Below, piece by piece: positions 1 through 13,346 of a stretch of 64,000 bases of DNA. The notes under the pieces were generated by a model. It had not been told where the DNA came from. It searched no databases and saw nothing but the letters and a program-made list of their open reading frames with translations. Made by a program: the position numbers and the translations under genes. The stretch's first letter is position 1. Every line of letters starts with the position of its first letter. This DNA comes from an uncultured Holophagales bacterium. Its GTDB lineage: Bacteria > Acidobacteriota > Thermoanaerobaculia > Multivoradales > UBA5704. The stretch is from positions 960,001-1,024,000 of the forward strand of contig CAWJGT010000003.1 in NCBI GenBank assembly GCA_963842525.1. The letters are read 5' to 3'.

Positions 1-251
1 GCCGTCTTCTGGAGAGGGCATTGCTGGCTTTGGCCGAAGCGGTCCAGCAATTCGACAGCGGGCTCAAGCTGGCGGCGGCGAACCGTGCCCGTGCGGAGCT
101 GGCCCAGGTCACAGGGCTTCTCCTATTGGAAGCCGGAGTGCCACCCGCTGAGCCGGTCCACCGCTGGGTGAACGTTCTGGAAGCCGAGGTCATCCCGATG
201 GTCGCTGCATTCGCCCGATGGGCCGACGGCCTGCGTGGGGGACGCCGGTGA
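1..251 (+). CDS. 5'-truncated helical protein, possibly four-helix-bundle (Avd/IVS-like) DGR accessory protein
   Basis: Open frame from the window edge (RLLERALLALAEAVQQFDSGLKLAAANRARAELAQVTGLLLL...); TGA at 249-251 overlaps the next GTG at 248-250 (GTGA coupling). The fold call is inference from the amphipathic pattern. Confidence 0.5.
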   Translation, partial: RLLERALLALAEAVQQFDSGLKLAAANRARAELAQVTGLLLLEAGVPPAEPVHRWVNVLEAEVIPMVAAFARWADGLRGGRR

Positions 252-667
252 GCTGGCGGGAAGCGCCGCTCTACGTGGAAGCCCACGACCTCGCGGCCTG
301 GGTCATGGAACGGGTGAATGCCTGGGCATGGGACCGGGACCGCAACCTCGCCCCCCTCGTCGCCGCTGCGGCTTCCGAGCTCCTCGCTCAGATATCTCTT
401 GCTTTGACCTTCCCCGGGACGAGGAGTTCACACCTGGAGCAGGCCGATCATGCAGTCGTCCGGTTGCGGGTGCTCTTGCGTCTCTCACACCAGCTCGGAC
501 TGTTGTCTGCGGGCAGTCTCCGCTTCGCCTCGGGTCGGCTGCAGGCTGTCGGCCGAATGATCGGCGGCTGGCGCAAGCGGTTCGAGCATCCAACTGAAGG
601 AGACCGTAATAACCAGCCTTTGGAGCTTGATCCAGGGGGCGGGCCCCCAGCGGCGCGAGGCGCGTGA
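248..667 (+). CDS. avd: DGR accessory variability determinant (Avd-like four-helix bundle)
   Basis: EAPLYVEAHDL...HLEQADHAVVRLRVLLRLSHQLGLLS...LQAVGRMIGGWRK matches the Avd pattern (LRL..L..lS....E.GrmiGGW); lies upstream of TR and RT. Confidence 0.85.
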   Translation: MSWREAPLYVEAHDLAAWVMERVNAWAWDRDRNLAPLVAAAASELLAQISLALTFPGTRSSHLEQADHAVVRLRVLLRLSHQLGLLSAGSLRFASGRLQAVGRMIGGWRKRFEHPTEGDRNNQPLELDPGGGPPAARGA

Positions 668-790
668 TGCGTGGTGGGAGCTCTTGGAATGACGCAGACA
701 GGACGCGTGCGGCGTATCGCAACATCAGGAACCCGGGCAACGAGATCAGGAACCAGGGCTTTCGCGTTCTGCTCCCCGGCGCCCCGAGCT
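645..790 (+). repeat. DGR template repeat (TR); boundaries approximate
   Basis: Frame 658-786 reads RRVMRGGSSWNDADRTRAAYRNIRNPGNEIRNQGFRVLLPGAP, the CLec/FGE-sulfatase C-terminal motif; AAC/AAT codons at 688, 721, 730, 739, 751; scaffold codons lack A; lies between avd and RT. Confidence 0.85.
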
Positions 791-936
791 CGCGGCAAAA
801 TGCAATACCGGCCCCGAGCAGGTCCGCCCCCGGCGGTGGGCTTCGGCCCGTCCGCTCACGCCCACCCGTTCCAGTAGCTCCGGAGCAACGGATCGCTCTG
901 GGACGACCGTCCGGGTGGGCACTTTCTTGACTTGTC
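790..936 (+). ncRNA. Structured TR-RT spacer (putative 3' part of DGR RNA)
   Basis: GGGC-TTCG-GCCC hairpin 838-849; GCCCACCCG 860-868 pairs with CGGGTGGGC 912-920; palindrome GCTCCGGAGC 877-886. Confidence 0.5.
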
Positions 937-1945
937 ATGCGGACTGCTACCGGCCTCTTTCGTGTTCTGTGCGATCCGAGCCACCTCGAACGAGCGGCGG
1001 ATGCGACGGTGCGTGAAAAACGGCGGCGGCCCGATGTCGCGTGGTTTCTTTTTCACCGCGACGAAGAGCTGGCGCGGCTCGGTGCTGACCTCACGGCCGG
1101 CCGATACCACCCCGAACCTCCCAACCTGATCACGATCCGGGACCCCAAGCCGCGCTTGATCGCGCGGGTGCCGATCACCGACCGCGTCGTCCACACCGCA
1201 CTGGTCCTCCTCATGGAGCCTGTTTTCACGCGAAGCCTTTCTCCGGATGCTTATGCGTGCAGGCCCGGCTATGGAACACACCGCGCCGTCTTGCGTCTGC
1301 TGGAGCACATCCGCAAGCATCGTGTTCTCATCCACCTGGATATCAAGAGCTACTTCCCCAGCGTCGATCTCGAGGTGTTGCGCTGTCTACTGCGGCGGCG
1401 GATTCGTGACGAAGCGTTCCTGGCCGTCGTGGATCGGGTGCTGGCTGCGGGGTCGGGGATCTATGACGCGCCGCAAGCTCGGGCTCGCGCGTGCCTTGCT
1501 GCTGACTGGCCGCCTCCCGGCCGCGGCCTGCCGATCGGGGCCTACACCAGCCAGCTCTTCGCGGCTCACGTCTATCTCGGCGAGCTCGACCATTTTGTGA
1601 AAAGAGAGCCTCAAGGTCCCCGGGTATCTCCGTTATGTCGATGATCTGTTCCTTTTTGGTGAACGACGCATAGACCTTAGGCGGTGGCGAGCCGAGGTGG
1701 GGAGCTGGCTGGCGCAGGAGCGGGGCCTGAGGCTGAAGCACCCGGAAGCACGGATCCTATCTTGCCTGGGTCACCTGGATGCGTTGGGATACCGCATTTC
1801 CCGGGAAGGCATTCGGTCGCTGCCACGCACGTTGCGCCGGCTCGGAAGCAGGGTTGCCCAGGAGCTGTGCCGGCCGGCTCGCAGATCACCGTGCGCGGAG
1901 CTTGCGCGCTCTATCGCTGCCTCTGCAGGAGTCGTGTTGTTTTGA
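937..1945 (+). CDS. DGR-type reverse transcriptase (one +1 frameshift at about 1609)
   Basis: Motifs IRDPKPRLI, DRVVHTAL, YACRPGYGTHRA, LDIKSYFPSVD, GLPIGAYTSQLFA; removing one C at 1609-1610 gives ELKVPGYLRYVDDLFLF (YVDD at 1634-1645), which continues through LGYRI to the stop at 1945. Confidence 0.92.
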
Positions 1946-1984
1946 GGCGCCGCCCTGGAGCGGATCGTCGCGGGGTTCGCCAAG

Positions 1985-2015
1985 AAATAAAAACGGCGGG
2001 CCCGGAGGCCCGCCG
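1985..2015 (-). terminator. Intrinsic terminator of pnp
   Basis: Stem CGGCGGGCC/GGCCCGCCG (1994-2015) followed by a T tract on the minus strand. Confidence 0.8.
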
Positions 2016-2040
2016 CTACGGTTCCCGATGAATGTGTGCC

Positions 2041-4296
<2,256 letters not shown>

Positions 4297-4475
4297 AGCT
4301 TTTCTTTTTCCTTGTTTTCGCTTGTCTCTCGTCTGCCTACGTGCCTGCTCGTTGCGGGATCGGCCGTGGCCGGCTTCGGGTTTCGAGGCGGGCCTGGCAG
4401 GATGGAGCAGTCCCGACCCCCTGGTGGGGCAACCCCCAGAGCGCGTCGGGACTCTTCCTGCCGGATCGAGGAGGG

Positions 4476-4745
4476 CTACTTGCGGAGCCCGAGGCGCTCG
4501 ATGGTGGCGCGATAGCGCTCGAGGTCCTGCCCCTTGAGATAGTCGAGCAGGCGGCGGCGGCGGCCCACCAGCTTCAGGAGGCCGCGGCGGCTGTGGTGAT
4601 CCTTCGTATGGGTCTTGAAGTGGCCGGTCAGCTCCGTGATCCGATTGGTCAACAGAGCGACCTGCACTTCCGGCGACCCCGAGTCCGTGTCATGGACCCG
4701 ATACTGTTCGATGATCTGCTTCTTGACTTCCGTGGTTTGCGCCAA
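4476..4745 (-). CDS. rpsO: 30S ribosomal protein S15
   Basis: [13 protein letters not shown]...[20 protein letters not shown]; TTG start after an AGGAGG RBS. Confidence 0.97.
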   Translation of the reverse strand: MAQTTEVKKQIIEQYRVHDTDSGSPEVQVALLTNRITELTGHFKTHTKDHHSRRGLLKLVGRRRRLLDYLKGQDLERYRATIERLGLRK

Positions 4746-4796
4746 AGCAAACTCCTCCTTACATTTCCGGGCGGCATTGTAGCACAAAGATCTAGG

Positions 4797-5723
4797 CTAT
4801 TGTCGAAAGACCACGCGCGGCTGGACGATGCCCACGCCCGCCGTGCCGATGCGCTCGACGACGGTGCCGACCGCGATGAATTCGCGCCGGCGGTTCATCA
4901 GCTTGACCCAATCCCCCTCTTCGCCCGGCAGCTCGCGTACCAGCACGGTCTGGCCGTGGCTGATCCGCTGCTCCTGCTGCGGGTCGGCGGTCACCTCCCC
5001 GAACGGCAGGGGGATCTGGTCGAACGGGATCCAGGCCTCGCCGGGCGTCTGGCCGGCGTCGACCGCCTCCTCCAAGCGGGACAGGGTCACCGCGGATTCG
5101 ACCGGAAAGGTGCCGATCCGGGTGCGGCGCAGGTCCGCCAAGTGGCCGCCCACGCCCAGGACGCCGCCGAGGTCGTGTGCCAGGCCCCGCGCATAGGTGC
5201 CCGAGGAGCAGGCGAGCCGGAAGCGGATGACGCCGTCCTCCAAGTCGCCCAGCGGGGTGAGCTCGAAGACGGTCACCTCCTTGGGCTCGGACGGCACCTC
5301 CTCGCCGCGGCGGGCGAGCTCGTAGTACTTGACCCCCTGCACCTTCTTGGCCGAGTAGGGGGGAGCCTTCTGCTCGATCTCCCCCTCGAAGCGGCGCATC
5401 GCCTCGGCGACCATGTCGCGGGTGAGCGCCGCCACCGCTCCGGCGGGCGCCTCCGCCGTCACCTGCCCGGAGGCGTCGTAGGTGTCGGTGGCCACGCCGA
5501 GCCGGATGGACCCCTCGTAGACCTTGGGGGCGCGGATCAGGAACCGGGTCAGGCGGGTCGCCGTCCCCAGGGTGAGGAGCAGCAACCCCGTGGCGTCCGG
5601 GTCCAGGGTCCCGCAATGCCCGATCTTCTTCTGGCGGAGGATGCGGCGCACCTTCTGCACGACGTCGTGCGAGGTGAAGCCGCCCTCCTTGTCGACCAAC
5701 AGCAGCCCGTCTTTCATCGTCAT
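4797..5723 (-). CDS. truB: tRNA pseudouridine(55) synthase
   Basis: GHCGTLDPDATG, PPYSAKK, CSSGTYAR motifs. Confidence 0.96.
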   Translation of the reverse strand: MTMKDGLLLVDKEGGFTSHDVVQKVRRILRQKKIGHCGTLDPDATGLLLLTLGTATRLTRFLIRAPKVYEGSIRLGVATDTYDASGQVTAEAPAGAVAALTRDMVAEAMRRFEGEIEQKAPPYSAKKVQGVKYYELARRGEEVPSEPKEVTVFELTPLGDLEDGVIRFRLACSSGTYARGLAHDLGGVLGVGGHLADLRRTRIGTFPVESAVTLSRLEEAVDAGQTPGEAWIPFDQIPLPFGEVTADPQQEQRISHGQTVLVRELPGEEGDWVKLMNRRREFIAVGTVVERIGTAGVGIVQPRVVFRQ

Positions 5724-5724
5724 G

Positions 5725-6717
5725 CTACGCAGGTGCGGGCTCACCGGGCTGCGACAGGGCGGCGGCGAGCGCCTCGACGACCTGCCGGCGGACTTCCTCG
5801 CCGTCCCCTTCCATCACGAAGCCGGCCGCGTTGCGGTGTCCGCCGCCGCCGTGGTGCCGGGCGATCTTCTCCACGTCCACCTCGCCGCGGCTGCGCAGCG
5901 AGACCTTGTGGGTGCCGTCGTCGCGCTGGCGGATCAGGGCCACGGCCTCGACCCCCGCGACGGAGCGCGGATGGTCGATCAGCCCCTCGGAGTCGCCGGG
6001 GGCGGCCCCGACGCGGGCGAACATCTCGGGCGTCAGGCGGGCCGTGGCGATCCGCCCGTCCTCGTGCACCTCGAGGGTCTGCAGCATCTCGCCGATCAGG
6101 CGGACGACCGCCAGCGGCTGGCTCTCGTAGAGCCACTGCGAGACCTGCTCCGGCTGCGCGCCGTCGCGCACCAGGGCGGCGGCGGCCTCGAAGGCGGCGG
6201 GGGTGGCGTTCGAGAAGCGGAAGCCGCCGGTGTCGGTGACCAGGGTCAGATAGAGGCAGCTCGCCGTTTCGGGCTCCAGGGCCATCTTGAGCCCCTGGGC
6301 CAGCCGGTAGACCATCTCGCCGACGGCCGGCGCCGCGGTGTCGACCCAGTTGACCGCGCCGTAGTGCTGGTTGCCCAGGTGGTGGTCGATGTTGATCACC
6401 GGCCGGGCCGCCAGGTGCTCTTCGAGCCCCGTGCGGTCCGGGCTCGGGCATTCGAGCACGATGATGGCGTCGAACAGGTCGGGGAAGCCGGCCGGCGGCT
6501 CGGCGCCGTTGTGGATCCGGTCGCTGCCGGGCAGCGGCCGGTAGATCGTCGGCGTCTCGTCGCGGTTCCATACCGTGGCGCCCTTACCCATGCGACGCAG
6601 CAGGCGCGCCAGCCCGAGCGCCGAGCCGATGGCGTCGCCGTCCGGGTTGATGTGGCTGGTCAGCAGGAAACGGTTGCCCTGCCGGATTCTCCGCAGCAGG
6701 TCTTCAGGAGCTTTCAT
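5725..6717 (-). CDS. nrnA: DHH/DHHA1 phosphoesterase (NrnA-like)
   Basis: HINPDGDAIGS, IDHH, DTGGF, GGGHRNAAG motifs; conserved position after rbfA. Confidence 0.9.
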   Translation of the reverse strand: MKAPEDLLRRIRQGNRFLLTSHINPDGDAIGSALGLARLLRRMGKGATVWNRDETPTIYRPLPGSDRIHNGAEPPAGFPDLFDAIIVLECPSPDRTGLEEHLAARPVINIDHHLGNQHYGAVNWVDTAAPAVGEMVYRLAQGLKMALEPETASCLYLTLVTDTGGFRFSNATPAAFEAAAALVRDGAQPEQVSQWLYESQPLAVVRLIGEMLQTLEVHEDGRIATARLTPEMFARVGAAPGDSEGLIDHPRSVAGVEAVALIRQRDDGTHKVSLRSRGEVDVEKIARHHGGGGHRNAAGFVMEGDGEEVRRQVVEALAAALSQPGEPAPA

Positions 6718-7060
6718 CCCGCCCATCGTGCAAGCTCTCCAAGAGGTCTGAGATTCGCTGGCTGTGCTCGGCACCGCGGTCGAGCTCGAAGACGAGCTCG
6801 GGAGTGGCCCGCGTCCGCAGCCGGTGTGCCAGCTCGGTCCGCAGGAACCCCCGTGCGTGGTTCAGGCCCTCGATGGCCCCGAGGCGTTCTTCATCGGTGC
6901 CCAGGACCGAGACCTTGACGATGGCGCGCCGCAGGTCGTGCGTCACGCCCACCTCGCTGACGGTCGCCAGCTTGATGCGCGGATCGTGGACCTCCCGCAG
7001 GAGGAGGTCGGACAGCTCCGCGCGGATGAGGTCGCCGATGCGGTTGTCGCGCCGCTTCAT
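6704..7060 (-). CDS. rbfA: Ribosome-binding factor A
   Basis: DPRIKLATVSEV...ARGFLR...TPELVF; operon context. Confidence 0.95.
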   Translation of the reverse strand: MKRRDNRIGDLIRAELSDLLLREVHDPRIKLATVSEVGVTHDLRRAIVKVSVLGTDEERLGAIEGLNHARGFLRTELAHRLRTRATPELVFELDRGAEHSQRISDLLESLHDGRDESS

Positions 7061-7350
7061 TGCACCCCCTCCAGGATCTGTGGGTCCCAGCGGGTCAACC
7101 AGGCCTCGGGCTCGCTCTCCACGAGGCTCCGGATCTGTTCCATCATGTTCTCCATCTCGCTCTCCCCGTTGGTCACCACCGCCATCGAGATCTCCGCGCG
7201 CTGGTGCAGGTCGTGGAAGCCGGTCTCCGCGATCGAGACCCGCCAGCGCTGGTGGATGCGGTCCACCAGCGATTTCACGACCCGCCGCTTGTCCTTGAGG
7301 CTGCGGCTCGAAGGGAGATGCAGCTCGAAGCTCGAAACTCCGACCACCAT
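7057..7350 (-). CDS. DUF503 family protein (YlxP-like)
   Basis: MVVGVSSFELHLPSSRSLKDKRRVVKSL...VSIAE; typical position between infB and rbfA. Confidence 0.9.
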   Translation of the reverse strand: MVVGVSSFELHLPSSRSLKDKRRVVKSLVDRIHQRWRVSIAETGFHDLHQRAEISMAVVTNGESEMENMMEQIRSLVESEPEAWLTRWDPQILEGVQ

Positions 7351-7427
7351 GGGCTCGTCACAACCCTCTCTACAGGGATTGGAAACCGGGGGAGCCCGCC
7401 GCCGTGGCGAGCCCCCCGCCTCGCGCC

Positions 7428-10299
7428 TTACAGGACCGGCGCGACCTCTTCGCGCTGGTAGGCTTCGATGAAGTCGCCCGGCTTGACGTCCTGGAAACGC
7501 TCGAGGCCGATACCGCAGTCGAAGCCGGTCCGCACCTCGGAGGCGTCGTCCTTGAACCGCCGCAGCGATGCGATCTTGCCCTCGTACACCACCCGGTTGT
7601 CGCGCACCAGACGGACGCCGGCCGTGCGCGAAATGACCCCCTCCACGACGTGGCAGCCGGCGACCGTGCCCACCTTGGGCACCTTGAAGGTGTCGCGCAC
7701 CTCGGCCCGGCCGCTGGCCACCTCCCGGAAGGTCGGCTCGAGCAGGCCGGTCATCGCCTTGCGCAGCTCGTCCAGCAGCTCGTAGATGATCGTGTGCAGC
7801 CGGATGTCGATCCCTTCCTTCTCGGCGAGGTCGGCCGCGCCCCGTTCCGGACGGACGCTGAAGCCGACGATGACCGCGTTGGAGGCCGAGGCGAGCAGCA
7901 CGTCGTTGGTCGAGATCGCGCCCACGCCGGAGTGCAGGACGTTGAGCTTGACCTTGTCGGTCGTGAGCTTGCCCATCGCGTCGCGCAGCACCTCGAGCGA
8001 CCCCTGCACGTCGGCCTTCAGGACCACGTTGCAGCTCCTTGGCCTCACCCTCCTGGATGCGGTTGAAGAGCTGGGCCAGGGAGAGCCGGCCCGGACCCGT
8101 GGTCATCTCGCGGTCGCGGTGCTCCTGGTGGCGGTAGGTGGCGATGCCGCGCGCCTGCGTCTCGTCCTGCACCGCCTGCAGGATGTCGCCGGCGCCGGGC
8201 AGGGTGTCGAAGCCGGTGACCTCGACCGGGGTCGAGGGGCCGGCCTCCTGCACCCGCCGGCCACGGTCGTCGGTCATCGAGCGGACGCGGCCCCAGGTGG
8301 CGCCGGAGACGAAGATGTCGCCGACGTGCAGCGTGCCGTTCTGCACCAGCACGGTGGCCACGATGCCGCGGCCGACTTCCTTGCGCGCCTCGAGGACCGC
8401 GGCCTGGGCCGAGATCTCCGGGTTGGCCTTCAAGTCCAGGATGTCGGCGGTCAGCAGGATCATCTCGAGCAGGTCGGAGATGCCCTCCTTGCGCAGCGCA
8501 GAGATCGGCACCATGACCGTGTCGCCGCCCCAGTCCTCGGGCTGGAGCCCCTGCTCGGAGAGCTCGCGCTTGACCCGGTCGGGGTTGGCGTTGGCCTTGT
8601 CCACCTTGTTGATGGCCACCACGAGCGGCACCTTGGCGGCCTTGGCGTGGTTGATCGCCTCGACCGTCTGCGGCATGACGCCGTCGTCCGCCGCCACGAC
8701 CAGCACGACGATGTCGGTGACCTTGGCGCCGCGGGCGCGCATCATGGTGAACGCCTCGTGGCCGGGGGTGTCGAGGAAGACGACCTGCCGGCCGTTGACG
8801 TCCACGTGATAGGCCGCGATGTGCTGCGTGATGCCGCCGGACTCGCTCTCGGTGAGCTTGGAGGAGCGGATGGCGTCGAGCAGCGAGGTCTTGCCGTGGT
8901 CGACGTGGCCCATGATGGTGACGACCGGTGCGCGGCTGGCGCGGGCGGCCTCGGCCGGCTCGGCGCCCTCCTTGCCGGTCTTGCCGGCCTCCTGCTCCTC
9001 GCGGAGCTGGACCTCCTCCTCGAAGGACACCAGCATGACGTCGACGCCCAGGTCCTTGGCGAGCTGCTCGGCAAGGGGCAGCTCCAGCACCTGGTTGATG
9101 CTGGCCAGGATGCCGCGGTCGAACAGCGACTTCATCAGGTCCTTGGCCTTGACGCCCAGCTTGTCGGCGAACTCGCGGAGCGTCATGCCCTCGCGGATCA
9201 TGATCGGACCGTCGGGCCGGGCCTTCTTGAAAGTCAGGAGCTTGCCGCCCTCCTCGCGGTCCTCCTCCTGCCGGCGCTGGGCACGGCGGGAGCGGCGGCC
9301 GCTGGCGAGCGTGTCGTCCTCCTCCTCCATGGTGTTGAGGGTGCCCTTGTACGCCGTGAGGTCCTCCTCCTCCGCGGGCTTCAAGCCGGGCTTCTTCACG
9401 CCCTTCTTCTTCTTGTCCCGCGCGATCTGCTCCTGGGCCCGTTCGGCCGCACGGCGCTTGAGGTCCTCGGTGGTGAGCGGCGGCGGAGCGCCGGGCCGCC
9501 CGGGCATCGGCGTGCGCTGCTGCATGGGTCCCCCCGGCCGCTGGGGACCGCCGGTGCGGTCACGGTCGAACGGCCGCTGCGTGCCGCCCGGCCGGTCGCC
9601 CGGCCGGTACTGTCCGCCGGGCGCGCCGGGTCCGCCGGCCGGGGGACGCGTCCCCAGGGGCGCGGACGGCCTGCTGGCGCCTACGCGCGGATCGCGTTGC
9701 TCGCGGCCATCACGCCGCGGCGGCGGAGGCGGCGGCATCTCGGGCCGCCGGGTCGGGCTGGGCGCACTGACCTCCGACATCGGTGCCGGAGGCGGCGGGG
9801 GAGATGGAGCCATGGCCTCCGGGTGCGGTGCCTCCAGCACCGCGGCGGCCGGCTGCGGCTGGGCCTGGTGCAGCGGCGCCGGCGCCTCCACGGCCACGGC
9901 CACGGCCGCCGCTTCGACGGGCGGCGGGGCCATGGAGGGTGCCGTCAGGGGGGGCCGCTCGGACATCGGCATGTTCTGAATGCGCGGCTCGACCCTCTGG
10001 ATCAGCGTGCGCGGTCGGTTCGGACGCAGCGGGTTCGCCGTCGGCCGGCGGACCGGAGGCGGGGGCGGTGGACCACCGCTCCGGCGGCGGTCGGGCTGCG
10101 GCGGAGCCTGCTCATCCCGCAAGATGACCTCCCGCGGGTGCGGGAGCTTCTTGCCCAGCAGGATCGCCTGGACGATGTCGGTGTCGATGTGAGCGTCGTC
10201 GCCTTCGACCCGTACTCCGATGGACTTCAACTTGAAGGTGAGGTCCTGGTTGGAGATCCCCATCATCCCCGCGAGGTCCTGGATTCGAATCTTTCCCAT
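7428..10299 (-). CDS. infB: Translation initiation factor IF-2 (apparent frameshift at about 8031)
   Basis: [20 protein letters not shown] GTPase motifs; C-terminal part (LKADVQGS...RRFKDD) is in ORF 7428-8048, with one extra base at about 8031. Confidence 0.97.
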
Positions 10300-10385
10300 A
10301 GTCTTCTTTCGAGCTCCTCTTCAAACCCGGGCCGCCCTGCCCGGCCCCTACGGGCGCAGTCGGCTGCGCCCGCCGGCAAATACTG

Positions 10386-11939
<1,554 letters not shown>

Positions 11940-11970
11940 CTTTTCTTCTTCTTCCTGTTCTTCCTGTCGT

Positions 11971-12465
11971 CTACAGCTCGATCTCCAAGCGAGCCTGGCG
12001 AACGTCCCGCAAGCTCACCTCGCTACGCTCCCCCTTCGGCTCCTCGACCAGCACGGCGCGGGCGTCCTCGTCGGGCGCCCCGTCCGGCCGGTCGAACGAC
12101 TCGAGCCGCGCGACCACGGTCCTCTTCCGGCCCGTCCCGGGGTCTTCCATCGTGACCCGAACCTTCCGCCCCACGAAGCGCTCCCAATCGCGCGCCCGGT
12201 AGAGCTGCCGGTCGAGCCCCGGAGAGGATACCTCCAGGACATAACGGCCCGGACCGAAGTCCACGACGTCGAGGTAGGCCGAGACCTGCTTGGAGACGTG
12301 CTCGCAATCGGAGAGCGTGACGCCCTCCGGCTTGTCGAGAAAGAGCCGCAGGACCCCACCCTTGAGCTCGGCGTGCGCAAGCTCGCAACCGGCGGCCTCC
12401 GCGATCTGCTCGAGCTCGGACCGGAGCTCGTCGAGCCGGCCGGCGCTCTTCCGGGACTGGCTCAT
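11971..12465 (-). CDS. rimP: Ribosome maturation factor RimP
   Basis: LRLFLDKPEGVTLSDC...YVLEVSSPGLDR. Confidence 0.95.
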   Translation of the reverse strand: MSQSRKSAGRLDELRSELEQIAEAAGCELAHAELKGGVLRLFLDKPEGVTLSDCEHVSKQVSAYLDVVDFGPGRYVLEVSSPGLDRQLYRARDWERFVGRKVRVTMEDPGTGRKRTVVARLESFDRPDGAPDEDARAVLVEEPKGERSEVSLRDVRQARLEIEL

Positions 12466-12515
12466 CGTCCACCTACCCCTGCGCTGTTCCGCTGACGCCG
12501 TCCTTACCCCACAAC

Positions 12516-12544
12516 AAAAAAAGTGGGCAGGACATGCCCACTCC
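12516..12544 (-). promoter_or_regulatory. rimP leader terminator-like hairpin
   Basis: Minus strand GGAGTGGGCATGTCCTGCCCACTTTTTTT upstream of rimP; matches the widespread rimP-leader attenuator pattern. Confidence 0.75.
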
Positions 12545-12706
12545 TTACCGACCGGAGCCCGGTCGGGGCAAGCTGGCTGATTGGCATTATAGGGAAGAGT
12601 GGTGAGAACGGCAAGCTGACACCAGCCGGTGTACTAGAATGCGGGTCAACATCTCGCGAGGGGAGGTTGCGCCGCCCCTATCTGTACCACGGCGCGGGAG
12701 GAGCGC

Positions 12707-13324
12707 GTGCTCACACTGACGTACATCGCCTTCGCCGTCCTCGGCTGCGGCTATGTGGCCGTCTCGGCCCTGCTCGGCCACATCGGGGACTCCGGCGACG
12801 GGGGAGCGTACAGCGGCAGCGAGGGGACCCACACCGCGGCCGAGAGCTATGGGGTGGATGGCGGCGGCCATGGCACGGCCGAGGCCGGGGGCGGCGGCGG
12901 CGCAGCCTTCCACTTCCCGTTCTTCTCGCCGCTGGCGGTGGCGACCCTGGTCACCTCGATCGGCGGCTACGGCCTCATCGCCCTGCACGGTCTGAAAGTG
13001 GGGGAGACTTGGAGTCTGCTGATCGCCATCCCGGCCGCCGCCGCCACCACCTATGGGATCACCTACGTCGGCTGGCGGCTGACGAGCAGCTCGCAGCCTT
13101 CGAGCGTCATCCGTCTGGAGCAGATCCGCGGCGCCCAGGGTGAGGTCACCGTGCCCATCCCGCCGGGTGGGGTCGGCGAGGCCCTGGTCATGGTGGGCGG
13201 GCAGCGCTACACAGCCCCGGCCCGCGAACCGGGAGGCGGCGAGGTCCCTCGCGGCGCGGCAGTGGTCGTCGTGGGGATGACCGGGGCGACCCTCATGGTG
13301 AGGGCCGTCACGCAGGAAACGTAA
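12707..13324 (+). CDS. NfeD-like (YuaF-type) membrane protein
   Basis: TM helices plus a C-terminal OB-like segment (GAQGEVTVPIPPGGVGE...GAAVVVV); lies before flotillin. Confidence 0.8.
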   Translation: MLTLTYIAFAVLGCGYVAVSALLGHIGDSGDGGAYSGSEGTHTAAESYGVDGGGHGTAEAGGGGGAAFHFPFFSPLAVATLVTSIGGYGLIALHGLKVGETWSLLIAIPAAAATTYGITYVGWRLTSSSQPSSVIRLEQIRGAQGEVTVPIPPGGVGEALVMVGGQRYTAPAREPGGGEVPRGAAVVVVGMTGATLMVRAVTQET

Positions 13325-13346
13325 GACGTTCAAGGAGCATCCGAGC

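Noticed and set aside
664-930. 88-aa protein-coding ORF
   Set aside because: It is the translated TR plus spacer; an open frame is expected for a TR.
937-1945. Group II intron or retron RT
   Set aside because: Short RT with the DGR-type SQ motif; no maturase/endonuclease domain or VTG motif seen; Avd and TR adjacent.
7057-10299. 1080-aa IF-2/DUF503 fusion in the ORF track
   Set aside because: Artefact of a single-base frameshift at about 8031; the true IF-2 C-terminus is in 7428-8048.
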